IMG/VR virus record: IMGVR_UViG_3300031628_000005
Coordinates: 1-49,998 of that record
Source: a virus
Lineage: Duplodnaviria > Caudoviricetes
Strand: one strand, 5' to 3'
Length of the DNA stretch: 49,998 nucleotides
Positions within the stretch are counted from its first letter, which is position 1; every line of letters begins with the position of its first letter. The notes under the pieces are model-generated. The model saw nothing but the letters and a program-made list of their open reading frames with translations, made no database searches and was not told the DNA's origin. Of the stretch, positions 32,858 through 43,125 are shown in pieces. The position numbers and the translations under genes are program-made.

Positions 32858-35800
32858 CTATGTACATACTACTTGATTTGCTGTACCACAACCTTGACCT
32901 TGGCCACCGCTACCGCCACCTGCTGGTTGAAAGCCTATAAAAGTATAAGGTGGAAATCCGTTTACAGCAACTGGGCAGATAGGTGAATAACATCCACCAT
33001 TGCCAATTGCAGCACAAACTCCTCCACCAGAAACCGCAAATTGCGTAGTTATATTTGCCGCTATTATAGATGTAACTGTTACGAGAACAAGACTACTATA
33101 ATTGTAAATACCTGAACACGCGCTTCCTGCTTGATTTGTCCATGTAACAATTCCCTTTCCAGTTATAAATCTTAATGAAGCTTTATTTGGTATAGTTGAC
33201 CAATCTATTGCGGTTTGCGGTTGTCCTCCTATATTGCTACTAGCTCTCATTTTTATTTGACCGGTAGCGTTGCTTCCAGTTTTATAGTATTGTATAGATA
33301 CGCTTGAGGACCACACTCCGTTTATTTGAACTTGAAGAAAAGATCCTCTAAAAGGGCCAGCTTTTTGTAAATCACCCGCTTGTATATTACCATCTGCTTC
33401 TTGATTGCAATAGCTGTATATGTTTGCAGTAGAATTTGGAATGTTTATACCTTCAATATTTATTATTTGATCTGCGTCAGCATAACTTCCGCTAACAAGT
33501 CCATTAAAAACAGCAGTAGCGTCTATAATAGCAGGCTCCCCATTGTTTAATACTGCGGGTGTAGGTCCTGTTTTAAGTAAATACTGAAATCCATCTACGC
33601 AAGCAGCTTCAATGTCAACATTAAAAGTACAGAGTGATGCGCCTGTTGACAACGACCCTAAATTAACTTCCCCTAAAGCATCTTTTAATGTTACTTCTAA
33701 TGTAAAAATACCTGCTGAAGTTGTGTTTTTAGTTATATTTAATGCGGCAATTTGATCTGTTCCTTCGGCCGGTATAACAGGAGTTCCTGTAAAGGGGCCA
33801 ACTCCATCAGCTAATACTACTCCAGCGGAATCTTTTTGAACTAATTCCCATATTAAATCTTGGCCCGCTAAATTTGCAACAGCAGGCGTTTGACCAGTAG
33901 CATCTTTATAAGCGGATCCATTGTAACCTGTTATTTGTGTTACAAATTCTACATCAATATCAACGACTACAACGGTATTGGCTGGAGGACAAACAATTGC
34001 TGGTATTATATTTATTAATTTTACTTCTTCTATAAATGTGCTTGCAGTTCCGTCTGTTGTTATAACTTTAAATTCAAAAGTAAAAACTCTAGGGGCAGGT
34101 AAAACTCCGTACCAAAATAAATTTTTAGTTTTTATTTGATAAGTTCCATTATTTAAAGATAAATCTAATTCAAAATCAAGAAGTCTATCAACACCATTTC
34201 CATCTGTAACACTTTCTAATAAAAATTCAGTTATATTTGCCTGTGGAATTTGAGCGCCAAAGCTGTCAGTTAAATAAAAAGGAGCTCCGTTTATAACAGT
34301 TCCTATAACTGCATTTTCTTTAAAGTTAGGTGTAGAAAAATTTTCTAAATTTGCACCACCTATTGATTCATCTAATATAGCAGTATTTAAATCGCTTATT
34401 AAACCACTAGTTGAAGTTTCCCAAAATATATCTAGTAAAGATTCTACTGGTTTGGTTTCAAAAACAGCTAAATTTTGTATATTAATAGGAGCAACTTGTG
34501 GTGAAAACAAAAGCAATGTATCGTCCGCTAATGTTTGAGCTTGATTAACTCTAACAGTTCCAATGCCTACAGTAAAACTTACAACTGAAGTGTCTGCTAA
34601 TATACCTGCTCCTGAAACTATATCTCCAGGTTTTGGCTGTAGCGATACATCACTAGAAAAAGCATCTACAGTAATGTCAATGTTATTTGTTATAATCCCA
34701 TTAACAGTAGCTTGAACAACTGTAGCGGGAACACCGAACTGAGTTGTTGTTGATATTCTTCCTATTAAAGGATTAGATTCAAAAAGATAAAACTCTTTAT
34801 AGCCCGCAACTGGATATCCTACTGAGGCTGGATTTAATCCAAACAAATCATTCATGCCAGCTATTGAACTTACTACTTCTGAAACTCTCCCTGGGTAATA
34901 TTGAGTATTTTTATCTGCAGTCCCTGATCCTATATTTAAATTTTCAACTCTTCCAAATAATTCTTCAGAGCTTCTGAACAGTCTTTGTAACGGACCTACT
35001 TCAGTTAAATCTCTAGGAATTTTATTTATATTATCATTGAATAAAACGGTATGTGATGTTTTACCTAATTCAAGCGTATTGTTTTCAGGATAAGCGGCCA
35101 TTACACCAGGCAAGTAAACATTATAATATTCTTGTTCTGTTTGTTTAACAACTATTTTAAAAGAATACCACCCGAGTGGATTGTACTTAGAATTAGTGGA
35201 TTCTCCATTGTAAATTCCAGGCCAGCCTGTTGCAGCGTTACTATCTAAAGGATATATAGGACTATTAAATAATACTTTTAAAGAATCACCTGGCCATTCC
35301 GCCGGAACCACGCCGGCTGATCTATATGGTGAAAATATTGTAGAACCTATATACTCCTGACCATCAACAACTGAACTGGCTAAACTATCTGAAAGTATAA
35401 CAGAAGACTGTCTTCCAAATTTATCAGATAAAACAATGCCCACTTGATAATTTCTATTTTCTTTTAATGAATGATTAGGATATTCAATTTTACTAACGTT
35501 AGCTTCAACATCGGAATTTGCAGTAAATAATAATAAAACACCAGTTGCTAAAGTAACATTGTTTGAGAAAGTCATAGCCAAGCTTGAGGGATCAAAGCTA
35601 ATAACAATTGTATTTGGCGGTATTATAGCACCCGTAACATTTGAAGAAACAAATGATCCAGTAAAAACATCTCCCGTTACATTTGTGTAATTAATAGTAG
35701 CCACGTTATTAAAAGTACCATTAACATTAACGGTACCAGCTTTTAAACTAAAATCAGCTTTAGGGGATGCATTAACATTATAATCTAAAGTTGCAGGAGG

Positions 35801-37408
35801 AGTGTGTTTATCTTGAAAATTAGAATAAACAACTCTATTGCTTATTACTTCTTGGCCAAAAGCTTTTACCGGCACTTTATCATATACTCTTACTATTTCA
35901 CTTTCGGGTAAAGTTTTATAAGGTTTTTTAGATTGATAATTGTATACAAAAAAATTAGGTTCTCCAATTGTAAGTAGTGTTGAATTAGATAAAGTTTGAT
36001 TAACACTCATTGTTATCGTAAAAGTATCTTGATTAAAAGCAACTACAGTGGTGCCGTCAACAACACCTTCTCCATTTACAATGCTTCCTACCTGTATACC
36101 TCCTACTCTATTTCCAACTACAATATCTCTCACTCCTGAAAAATTTCCGCTAACATTGCAGGTGCCTGATTGGCTTGCTACTGTTCCAATAGGTATTGTA
36201 TCTACAACTTTTACTGCTAGTTGGTCTGCCTCTTTATAAAGTATATCAATTTCCGTAACTTTTAAATCACTTTGAAGTAAAGAATTAGTTGACTCTAAAG
36301 GAATTTTTAAAAGTATTTTATCTACTTTATTTTCTACAAATTCAACAATAGTTGTTCTGTATGCTGCTTCTTCATCATCTTGTTCAATACCTGTTGCAGC
36401 CGGTGTTTTTTGCATAAAATAACCATCTTGCTTTGGTATAAATGTTATTTGTGTAAACGGAGCAAAAACTGAATACTCTCCGTCATCATATCTAAATCTA
36501 TAAGAAAATCTTACGAACCTATCTTCTAAATAACTAGGATCCCCATTAAATGTAGATTCATAATAAGGGTTAGCATTAAAAACTAATTCTACATTATTGC
36601 TTAAAGTTTGAGCTTGATTAACTTGTAAGTTTGGTTCATTGTATGCGACAACTGTGGTTCCGGCTGTTACCCCAGTCCCGGTAACTATTGATCCAACAGG
36701 TATAGAACCAATTATATTATCTATTGGAAAAGTTGTCAAAGCTGATACTGCTCCATTAGTTAAAGCCTCTCCTCCATTAGGATAGAACTTAGACGAAACA
36801 TCGTACATAGTTGTTTCATATTCTACCTCAGAAGCTGATGTGCCTAATTGACTTTCTTGCCAAAGCTGCATAGGCTGGTATGGAAAGTTTTTAGCTACGG
36901 ATATTTGTTCTTCTTTTGTGTAATATCCTAGCGTTTCTGTTGCAGTTACTATATTTATTTTTCTTGGCTGGTTTCTATTGTCCGTCCAAAATAATAATTC
37001 TTCTAAAAGATTAACTCCATAAATAGGATTAGATTGAGAAAAATTTAAAAATGCGCCAGAAATAAGCAAATTGCTTTGGCCAGTTAAAGTGTTATAAGAA
37101 TATATACCATGACTTTTACTTGGGTCATATGTTGGACTAGGTTCGTTAGGGTCTAAATAATTTGTTACAAAAACATATACCATAGACGATGAATCGTCTG
37201 CAAAGTACCCTATTGATTGTGATCCACCTCCGGCAAAATCTACAAGTTCGCTATTTCCTAAAACATTTTCTAATGAGCCTACAGTATCACTTTCAGATCT
37301 ACTTATTTGAACATTTAAAGCATTTCTATATTCACCTTGAGGCAATATTCTAGCATCTAGATCTTTATTCATTCTAGACCTTAAAAAATTATTTTTTGCT
37401 TGTGCCAT
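32858..37408 (-). CDS. tail nozzle/muzzle (stabilisation) protein, N-terminal-type part
   Basis: MNKDLDARILPQGEYRNALN, LLFWTDNRNQPRKINI, RFSYRFRYDDGEYS and YQVGIVLSDKFGRQS motifs. Four internal beta repeats. Confidence 0.7.
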   Translation of the reverse strand: MAQAKNNFLRSRMNKDLDARILPQGEYRNALNVQISRSESDTVGSLENVLGNSELVDFAGGGSQSIGYFADDSSSMVYVFVTNYLDPNEPSPTYDPSKSHGIYSYNTLTGQSNLLISGAFLNFSQSNPIYGVNLLEELLFWTDNRNQPRKINIVTATETLGYYTKEEQISVAKNFPYQPMQLWQESQLGTSASEVEYETTMYDVSSKFYPNGGEALTNGAVSALTTFPIDNIIGSIPVGSIVTGTGVTAGTTVVAYNEPNLQVNQAQTLSNNVELVFNANPYYESTFNGDPSYLEDRFVRFSYRFRYDDGEYSVFAPFTQITFIPKQDGYFMQKTPAATGIEQDDEEAAYRTTIVEFVENKVDKILLKIPLESTNSLLQSDLKVTEIDILYKEADQLAVKVVDTIPIGTVASQSGTCNVSGNFSGVRDIVVGNRVGGIQVGSIVNGEGVVDGTTVVAFNQDTFTITMSVNQTLSNSTLLTIGEPNFFVYNYQSKKPYKTLPESEIVRVYDKVPVKAFGQEVISNRVVYSNFQDKHTPPATLDYNVNASPKADFSLKAGTVNVNGTFNNVATINYTNVTGDVFTGSFVSSNVTGAIIPPNTIVISFDPSSLAMTFSNNVTLATGVLLLFTANSDVEANVSKIEYPNHSLKENRNYQVGIVLSDKFGRQSSVILSDSLASSVVDGQEYIGSTIFSPYRSAGVVPAEWPGDSLKVLFNSPIYPLDSNAATGWPGIYNGESTNSKYNPLGWYSFKIVVKQTEQEYYNVYLPGVMAAYPENNTLELGKTSHTVLFNDNINKIPRDLTEVGPLQRLFRSSEELFGRVENLNIGSGTADKNTQYYPGRVSEVVSSIAGMNDLFGLNPASVGYPVAGYKEFYLFESNPLIGRISTTTQFGVPATVVQATVNGIITNNIDITVDAFSSDVSLQPKPGDIVSGAGILADTSVVSFTVGIGTVRVNQAQTLADDTLLLFSPQVAPINIQNLAVFETKPVESLLDIFWETSTSGLISDLNTAILDESIGGANLENFSTPNFKENAVIGTVINGAPFYLTDSFGAQIPQANITEFLLESVTDGNGVDRLLDFELDLSLNNGTYQIKTKNLFWYGVLPAPRVFTFEFKVITTDGTASTFIEEVKLINIIPAIVCPPANTVVVVDIDVEFVTQITGYNGSAYKDATGQTPAVANLAGQDLIWELVQKDSAGVVLADGVGPFTGTPVIPAEGTDQIAALNITKNTTSAGIFTLEVTLKDALGEVNLGSLSTGASLCTFNVDIEAACVDGFQYLLKTGPTPAVLNNGEPAIIDATAVFNGLVSGSYADADQIINIEGINIPNSTANIYSYCNQEADGNIQAGDLQKAGPFRGSFLQVQINGVWSSSVSIQYYKTGSNATGQIKMRASSNIGGQPQTAIDWSTIPNKASLRFITGKGIVTWTNQAGSACSGIYNYSSLVLVTVTSIIAANITTQFAVSGGGVCAAIGNGGCYSPICPVAVNGFPPYTFIGFQPAGGGSGGQGQGCGTANQVVCT

Positions 37409-37414
37409 TTAATT

Positions 37415-38656
37415 TTAGTGTTTAATCCATTTAGATTTTCCTCTCATTACTTGAACTATTTCTTCTAACTTTATATTAGATAATCTAATTTTTGCATTTC
37501 TAAGTTTTGCGGTTTTTTCTTTTTTAAGCCTTTGAACAACATATTCAGGTTGATTAATTCTAGTAGATAATACAGAGTAACTTAAGTAAGCATACATAGC
37601 TTCTTCAGCCATCTTAGGAACTTTAGTGTCTAAATCATAAGCTAATCCATCAGAAATGTATTCTAATACTATAAGCTTTCCAGTTAAATTACTAGAAAAA
37701 GACATTTTGCCTTCTCGTTCATTCATATTAAACCATCCGTTTGTTTGAGCTGTTTGAGGATCCAACCCGTATTGCCTGCCCCAGTTCCAGCTACCTTCAA
37801 AGCCATAAGCATTTTGAAAATCAATAACTTCATCTATATTATTGCCTTGTTGACCGTTTATTAAACTGTCATTAGCTTTTTTCCATCTTTCTTCAGTAAT
37901 AGAAGTTCCTTCTATATTGTCTCCAAAGTTATCGTTTGTCGGAACACCTGCTTGATCTTGTATAGGTGTTTCAAAAGGGCTTATAGTTAAATTGTTAGCT
38001 GGGTATATAGGTCTTTTAACACCCATATTGTCTATCCAAGAAACTGCAACATAATTAACGTAGTCTTGAGGTATAATAACGCTTAAACTAGCGGGTATAG
38101 TAAGCTCTTGAGAGTGAATACTTTTTAAAGTATCATAACTAAACTCTTGCAATCCCCTTTTAGCATGAAATATAAGATCTGTTCGTTTTATGCTTGGTAT
38201 TAATTTACCTGCTCCAACGTATGCTATTAAAAAATTATTTATTATATTGTTTAAAGTTACATAAGCATAGCTTTCATAATTGTCTTCAACCGTTTGGCCA
38301 TAAGCTTTTTCAGCTTCTGTTTGTCCGTACTTACCTCCAGTTAATATTTTTAATTGCACAACCACATAAGTTCCAGCTGGAAGCAAAGCAGTGAAAGTTA
38401 TTCTATTGCCTACAACAGTATACGCTAAAATATATTCAGTATATGTTCCAGGAAAACCATTTGCGCTTGTATAAAGTTTAAAATTATTTAACGCATAGTT
38501 AGCATTGTTAGGATCAAATGTGCTAAAAGCAAGATCTGTATTAAATGTAGTATTAAAAAATTCTCCTGCTACACCTGTCTGAGACACAAAACCTTGAGCA
38601 CCTTCGTAATATTGTTGATTTGTTTCGGTTATTAAACCTCCATTAGGAATTGGCAT
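37415..38656 (-). CDS. tail ring / adaptor structural protein
   Basis: FHAKRGLQEFSYD...PQDYVNYV...LEYISDG. Located between capsid and nozzle genes. Confidence 0.6.
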   Translation of the reverse strand: MPIPNGGLITETNQQYYEGAQGFVSQTGVAGEFFNTTFNTDLAFSTFDPNNANYALNNFKLYTSANGFPGTYTEYILAYTVVGNRITFTALLPAGTYVVVQLKILTGGKYGQTEAEKAYGQTVEDNYESYAYVTLNNIINNFLIAYVGAGKLIPSIKRTDLIFHAKRGLQEFSYDTLKSIHSQELTIPASLSVIIPQDYVNYVAVSWIDNMGVKRPIYPANNLTISPFETPIQDQAGVPTNDNFGDNIEGTSITEERWKKANDSLINGQQGNNIDEVIDFQNAYGFEGSWNWGRQYGLDPQTAQTNGWFNMNEREGKMSFSSNLTGKLIVLEYISDGLAYDLDTKVPKMAEEAMYAYLSYSVLSTRINQPEYVVQRLKKEKTAKLRNAKIRLSNIKLEEIVQVMRGKSKWIKH

Positions 38657-38662
38657 ATCTTA

Positions 38663-39445
38663 TTAGCTTTTTTCGTTTATTTCTTCTTGCTGCACTTTTT
38701 GCGAAGCAATCTGTATTACTGTAGGATCATTTATAATAACGCCTGAATATTGCAATATTTTTAATATTATATTGGTTTGTTCAGAAGCGTCTAGTTCAAA
38801 ATTTCTTGATCCTGTATTTGGAAAAACCGTAGGATCAAATATAGTAATATCATATATGTATTGTCCTAAGTTTCCAACTATAAATCCCCAAATTGGGTCT
38901 AAAGGTTTTCTTATAAAATCTACATTAATAACACCTAAAGCACTTGTAATAGTGCTAGGGCTTATAAAAAGTCTATTATTCTCTAATAAATATGTAGGAA
39001 AATTTTCAGTTGATTTTGTTAATTTTGATTTTTGAATATTATAAAAATCATTTCTTTGCAGTCTTTGTAGTTCAACCGCTTCTCTATTTGTAGGCTGAAA
39101 AGTTACAGCCCCTAATTTATATAACTCTACAGTTTGAGCATATATATCAGTAGTGGGTAAAGCCCAAAAAGGATTAGTGGGTATTGATGCAGAATCATAT
39201 GTAGCTGTTCCAAATGTTTTAAGTATAGAAAGTTTTTCATCTATATTTAAAACTCTGTCAGCATAATCTAAATCTGTTTGAGGCACACGTATTTGTTGGT
39301 TTAAATCTTCAAAATATTTATTGAATATTTCAAGCTGAACCTGTGTAGCAATGTCATTAAACTCTTGTGGAGTTATATATCCTCTTTGTTCTTTGTTTAA
39401 TATTAACAAGACCGTCTGATACACTGTGTTTACGTTTACTGCCAT
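38663..39445 (-). CDS. head-tail adaptor / ring protein
   Basis: LNKEQRGYITPQEFN...Q, FIRKP.DP.W. Position after the capsid module. Confidence 0.6.
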   Translation of the reverse strand: MAVNVNTVYQTVLLILNKEQRGYITPQEFNDIATQVQLEIFNKYFEDLNQQIRVPQTDLDYADRVLNIDEKLSILKTFGTATYDSASIPTNPFWALPTTDIYAQTVELYKLGAVTFQPTNREAVELQRLQRNDFYNIQKSKLTKSTENFPTYLLENNRLFISPSTITSALGVINVDFIRKPLDPIWGFIVGNLGQYIYDITIFDPTVFPNTGSRNFELDASEQTNIILKILQYSGVIINDPTVIQIASQKVQQEEINEKS

Positions 39446-39487
39446 TTTTTATTTTATTATAATATAAGGCCCGAGTAGACGAGCCTC

Positions 39488-39508
39488 ATATTAATATTAC
39501 TTGTTTTT
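39488..39508 (-). promoter_or_regulatory. putative late promoter followed by a short hairpin (39467-39487)
   Basis: Minus strand AAAAACAAGTAATATTAATA, then AGGCTCG-TCTACT-CGGGCCT. Confidence 0.45.
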
Positions 39509-40331
39509 ATAGTTTTTTATCTATAGACTTATAAATTTCTACTCCTTCATCTGTTTTTAAGAAAGCCGCAAACGCCGAGTAAGGGTTTTCATCAAATGGA
39601 ACATTCATTAATTTTCTGTCATTTGTTCCCCATGTGAAAGATCTTTGATCTGCAGATATTTTTATTATACCTATTTCAGTAGCTCTAATTGCAAAGTTTC
39701 TAAGCTGTACATTTTCGTCATTAGCTAAGCTAATAAACAATTCTGGATTAGATCTAGCAAATAATAATAAATCTCTCTTAAGCTCTTTAGAGCTCATTTC
39801 ATTTACTTTAGATCCTAGTTCAACTCTTAATATTGCTTCTCCATGATCTACGTCCATTGCTCTAGCCGCATTTAAAGCATCAATTTGAAGATCTAAAATA
39901 TCTAAATCATCTATTGCTTCATCTTTTGCACTAAACTCTTCGTATAATTTACCTTTTAAAGGGTGATACAAAGATAATAATTTTTGTAAATTTTGTTGAG
40001 CTTTTTTAACAGTTAAAGTTCCATCTCTAAATCTTATATGCCCCATTGTAACTTCCCCTTTTTGTTCATCTACTAAAGGTGAATCTTGATTTGTTGCGTA
40101 TCTTATTTCTCTTTGTTTTCCAGTTTTTTCATCAAAGTAGAGTAAAGCATGTTTTCTTGTATGCTTTCCTGGTATTGTTAATGTAAGAGGATTTTTATTT
40201 CCTTTTAAATAATATACCCTGTCTTTAATTTCCCATTCTGGTTTTGTGGGTTTTACTGGAGTAGCAACTTGTGTTACCACTTCTTCTTGAGGAGCAACCT
40301 CAATTTGCTTTGCTTTAGCTTGTTTAGCCAT
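39507..40331 (-). CDS. hypothetical protein downstream of the major capsid gene
   Basis: 274-aa ORF with A-rich leader. Confidence 0.7.
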   Translation of the reverse strand: MAKQAKAKQIEVAPQEEVVTQVATPVKPTKPEWEIKDRVYYLKGNKNPLTLTIPGKHTRKHALLYFDEKTGKQREIRYATNQDSPLVDEQKGEVTMGHIRFRDGTLTVKKAQQNLQKLLSLYHPLKGKLYEEFSAKDEAIDDLDILDLQIDALNAARAMDVDHGEAILRVELGSKVNEMSSKELKRDLLLFARSNPELFISLANDENVQLRNFAIRATEIGIIKISADQRSFTWGTNDRKLMNVPFDENPYSAFAAFLKTDEGVEIYKSIDKKL

Positions 40332-40356
40332 AATATAATAAAATTAAATAGTTTGT

Positions 40357-40401
40357 AAAAGTAATAATTACCCCCGTTAATGCAACGAGGGTAACAATTA
40401 C
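40357..40401 (-). terminator. intrinsic terminator after the major capsid gene
   Basis: Minus strand GTAATTGTTACCCTCGTT-GCATT-AACGGGGGTAATTATTAC-TTTT. Confidence 0.7.
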
Positions 40402-40417
40402 ATTAATATTGAATCAA

Positions 40418-41893
40418 TTAGATTCCTTTGAATAATACAAAGTTGTTAGCAGCTTGAGTTACTAAACATCTTTCAGATAGGAAGTTAACTTCCATAGCAT
40501 CAAGAGTCGAAGTAAATGCACCACCAGCAGAACCAGTTAGCCAAGATTTCATTCTTCTATCATCAGCTTGTGAAGCTCTATATCTTACGTGTAAGAAAGG
40601 TCTTCTGATGTTAGTTCCTAAAACTTGATCATACACTGTAGAAGTTCCAGCTGGTACTAATACACCTTCAATTGAATTAACTCCAACAATTCCTCCACGA
40701 GTAGAAGCATCATTTAAGTATTTCCAATCAGTTTTGTAAAAGTCATAAGAACCTCTTCTAAATCCAGAGAATCCTAAGTTAAGAGCCATTTCTTCAGAGT
40801 TTTCAAATAATCCAAAAGCAGTACCTCCAGCAAATCCGCCAGAAATAGAAGCTAACATATCGTCAAAATCAAGAGATGTTTGTCTCTGTAAGAATAACAT
40901 GTTTTCTTCAATTGCTCCTTGAGTATCTAAATTCTTAAGGATAGCATCAAATTCATCAAGTCCAGCAGCAGCAGTAAATCCTACTTCTACATTACCTCTT
41001 GATTGAATAGCAGCAAATAAACCTTCAGACCCAGGTAAAGCACCTGCTGGTACAGCAGCTACTTGATTGTATTCGCTTTCAATCATACTCATTTCTAAGT
41101 AATCTTCAAAACGTAATCTAGTTTCAGATTCAGCTTTTAAATACCATAAGTATCCAGATGTTCCGTCTTCAGTTGCAACTTCAACCCATCCAATTTGAGC
41201 CATATCAGATCCAGACACTACGTACTGGCTTCTTAGGATAATTGGTGAATTAGAATATTGTGTAAACTGAGGTTCAACAGAAACTCTTGATCCTGCTGCC
41301 TGTAATCCAGCACCAGTATTTTGAGCTATTGCAGTACCTTTAGAATAAGAAGATCCATATACAAATACTTTTACGTTACCAGTTGTGAATGCCTGTCCAG
41401 CAGTATTCATATTGTTACCGTTAAATAAAGTAACAACAATTGTTCCCGCTACAGCAGCTGTTCCAACTGTACTAGTTGCTACAAGTGCTTTTGCTTCTAA
41501 ACCAGAAACTGTATCTAATATAACTACAGTGTCATTTGGTGAAATAGTGTTTTGCACGCCAGGGAATCCAGCAGCAGGAGCAACAGTAATAGTGTTATTT
41601 CCTGCACCACCAATAGCACAATTGTCATAAGATATGTGTAATCTATTTTGTTCTGACCAAATTACTTGATCACTTGTCATTGGCATTTCAGCGCCAACCA
41701 TTCTTAAGAAGCCAGACAATGTACGGTTTCCGTAACGCTCTACTTCTGCTTCATATACTTCTGGCAAATATTGCTGAGCAAAAGAGTTTGAATCTCCTGC
41801 GTTAGCACCGCCGTTAAATTGTAGATAGTTGCTATTTAATAGCTCCTGTCTAGAGGAAGGGATTAAGCTTCCAAATTGTGGAGTTAAAGCCAT
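40418..41893 (-). CDS. major capsid protein
   Basis: 491 aa after the scaffold-like gene, followed by a terminator. Strongly biased codon usage; WSEQNRLH, SEGLFAAI and LNLGFSGFRRG.YDF segments. Confidence 0.8.
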   Translation of the reverse strand: MALTPQFGSLIPSSRQELLNSNYLQFNGGANAGDSNSFAQQYLPEVYEAEVERYGNRTLSGFLRMVGAEMPMTSDQVIWSEQNRLHISYDNCAIGGAGNNTITVAPAAGFPGVQNTISPNDTVVILDTVSGLEAKALVATSTVGTAAVAGTIVVTLFNGNNMNTAGQAFTTGNVKVFVYGSSYSKGTAIAQNTGAGLQAAGSRVSVEPQFTQYSNSPIILRSQYVVSGSDMAQIGWVEVATEDGTSGYLWYLKAESETRLRFEDYLEMSMIESEYNQVAAVPAGALPGSEGLFAAIQSRGNVEVGFTAAAGLDEFDAILKNLDTQGAIEENMLFLQRQTSLDFDDMLASISGGFAGGTAFGLFENSEEMALNLGFSGFRRGSYDFYKTDWKYLNDASTRGGIVGVNSIEGVLVPAGTSTVYDQVLGTNIRRPFLHVRYRASQADDRRMKSWLTGSAGGAFTSTLDAMEVNFLSERCLVTQAANNFVLFKGI

Positions 41894-41909
41894 AATTTTT
41901 TAGTTTTTT

Positions 41910-43094
41910 TTAGTTAAATTTTTTTGTTTTAATTCGTAAGCTTTTGGAATCAGTACCGCTTATTGCTTTTACCTTAAGTCCATTTATAAACACTTCTCCT
42001 TGAGTAGATCTAGCTTTAGTACTACTTAGGTTTTTAGAACTGTTTACAACTTCTTTTACAGCATCGGCTTTTCCTTGCTCATAAAAATGAGAAGCGATCT
42101 TATCCACGTTGTCAGCAGCATACATAGCTTTATGATAGCCTTTCGTATCTTTAACATTACCTTCAGCGTCTAGGAACTTCCCGACAAGGTTATTAATGTT
42201 TGATTGGCTTTCTGCAACTTTATCACGATTTTGAATATTGTACTTGTAATTTGTTTCACCAACTTTAATATCGAAACCTTCGAAATTATTGCTGAAAAGT
42301 TCTTTAGTACTTTCTTTAAATTGTGTGTGTTGTTGCTTAGACGCTTCTTGCTGCTTGTTATATCGGTTAAAAAAGTCCGTGGCTTTTTGTTGATCTTGAG
42401 TAACGCCCGGTCTCAACTTGATCTCGTCGTAATATTTACTCTTTGTCTCTTCCAAATAGCTTTTGGCTTTTGCAACTTCTTCTTTAAACGCAATTCTTTT
42501 TTTGCGTGCGTCTCTATCCTCATCGACATCTTCGTCAATGACAAAGTCTTCTAAAAGCATATCAACGTCTTCACCTTCTAAATAAGGTTTTTCTTTTTTA
42601 TAGTATTCTTTTAATAATGTAATATCATCTACTTGAGAATAATCAGCATTTAATCTAGTATAATCTTCTATTGTCCCGCCTGTTTCTTCCATAAATGAAA
42701 CTAGCTTTTCAATATTTTCAGGTAAAGCTTTGCCAAGAATTTTTTCATCTTGTATTGCTTTTTCTACTTGAACTTCTGTAACTTTATCCTCAGTTACTTT
42801 TTTGATTGGAGAAAACCCTTCAACATCCTCGTTGGACTTTTGTATAGGTTCTCCCACCTCTGCGCTATCTCCGGATGATTCATCCATAGATACTTTTTCT
42901 GTTTCTCCGATTTGAATGGCATCTTCATTTGGTATTACCACTTTTGTAATCTCTGGTGGTAGCTCAATCAAAGGCTCTTTGATGTTAACTCTTACCGGCT
43001 CATCACTAGGTGTGATTAATTTTTTAGGAGTTTTCTTTTTTAATTTAAACTCACCTTCCTGTTTAACAGGTTCATTTGTTTTTGTTTCTGACAT
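41910..43094 (-). CDS. scaffolding-like protein
   Basis: Acidic low-complexity N-terminus, helical K/E-rich body, between portal and capsid genes. Confidence 0.65.
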   Translation of the reverse strand: MSETKTNEPVKQEGEFKLKKKTPKKLITPSDEPVRVNIKEPLIELPPEITKVVIPNEDAIQIGETEKVSMDESSGDSAEVGEPIQKSNEDVEGFSPIKKVTEDKVTEVQVEKAIQDEKILGKALPENIEKLVSFMEETGGTIEDYTRLNADYSQVDDITLLKEYYKKEKPYLEGEDVDMLLEDFVIDEDVDEDRDARKKRIAFKEEVAKAKSYLEETKSKYYDEIKLRPGVTQDQQKATDFFNRYNKQQEASKQQHTQFKESTKELFSNNFEGFDIKVGETNYKYNIQNRDKVAESQSNINNLVGKFLDAEGNVKDTKGYHKAMYAADNVDKIASHFYEQGKADAVKEVVNSSKNLSSTKARSTQGEVFINGLKVKAISGTDSKSLRIKTKKFN

Positions 43095-43125
43095 AATATA
43101 ATATAATTAAATAATTGTTTACTTT

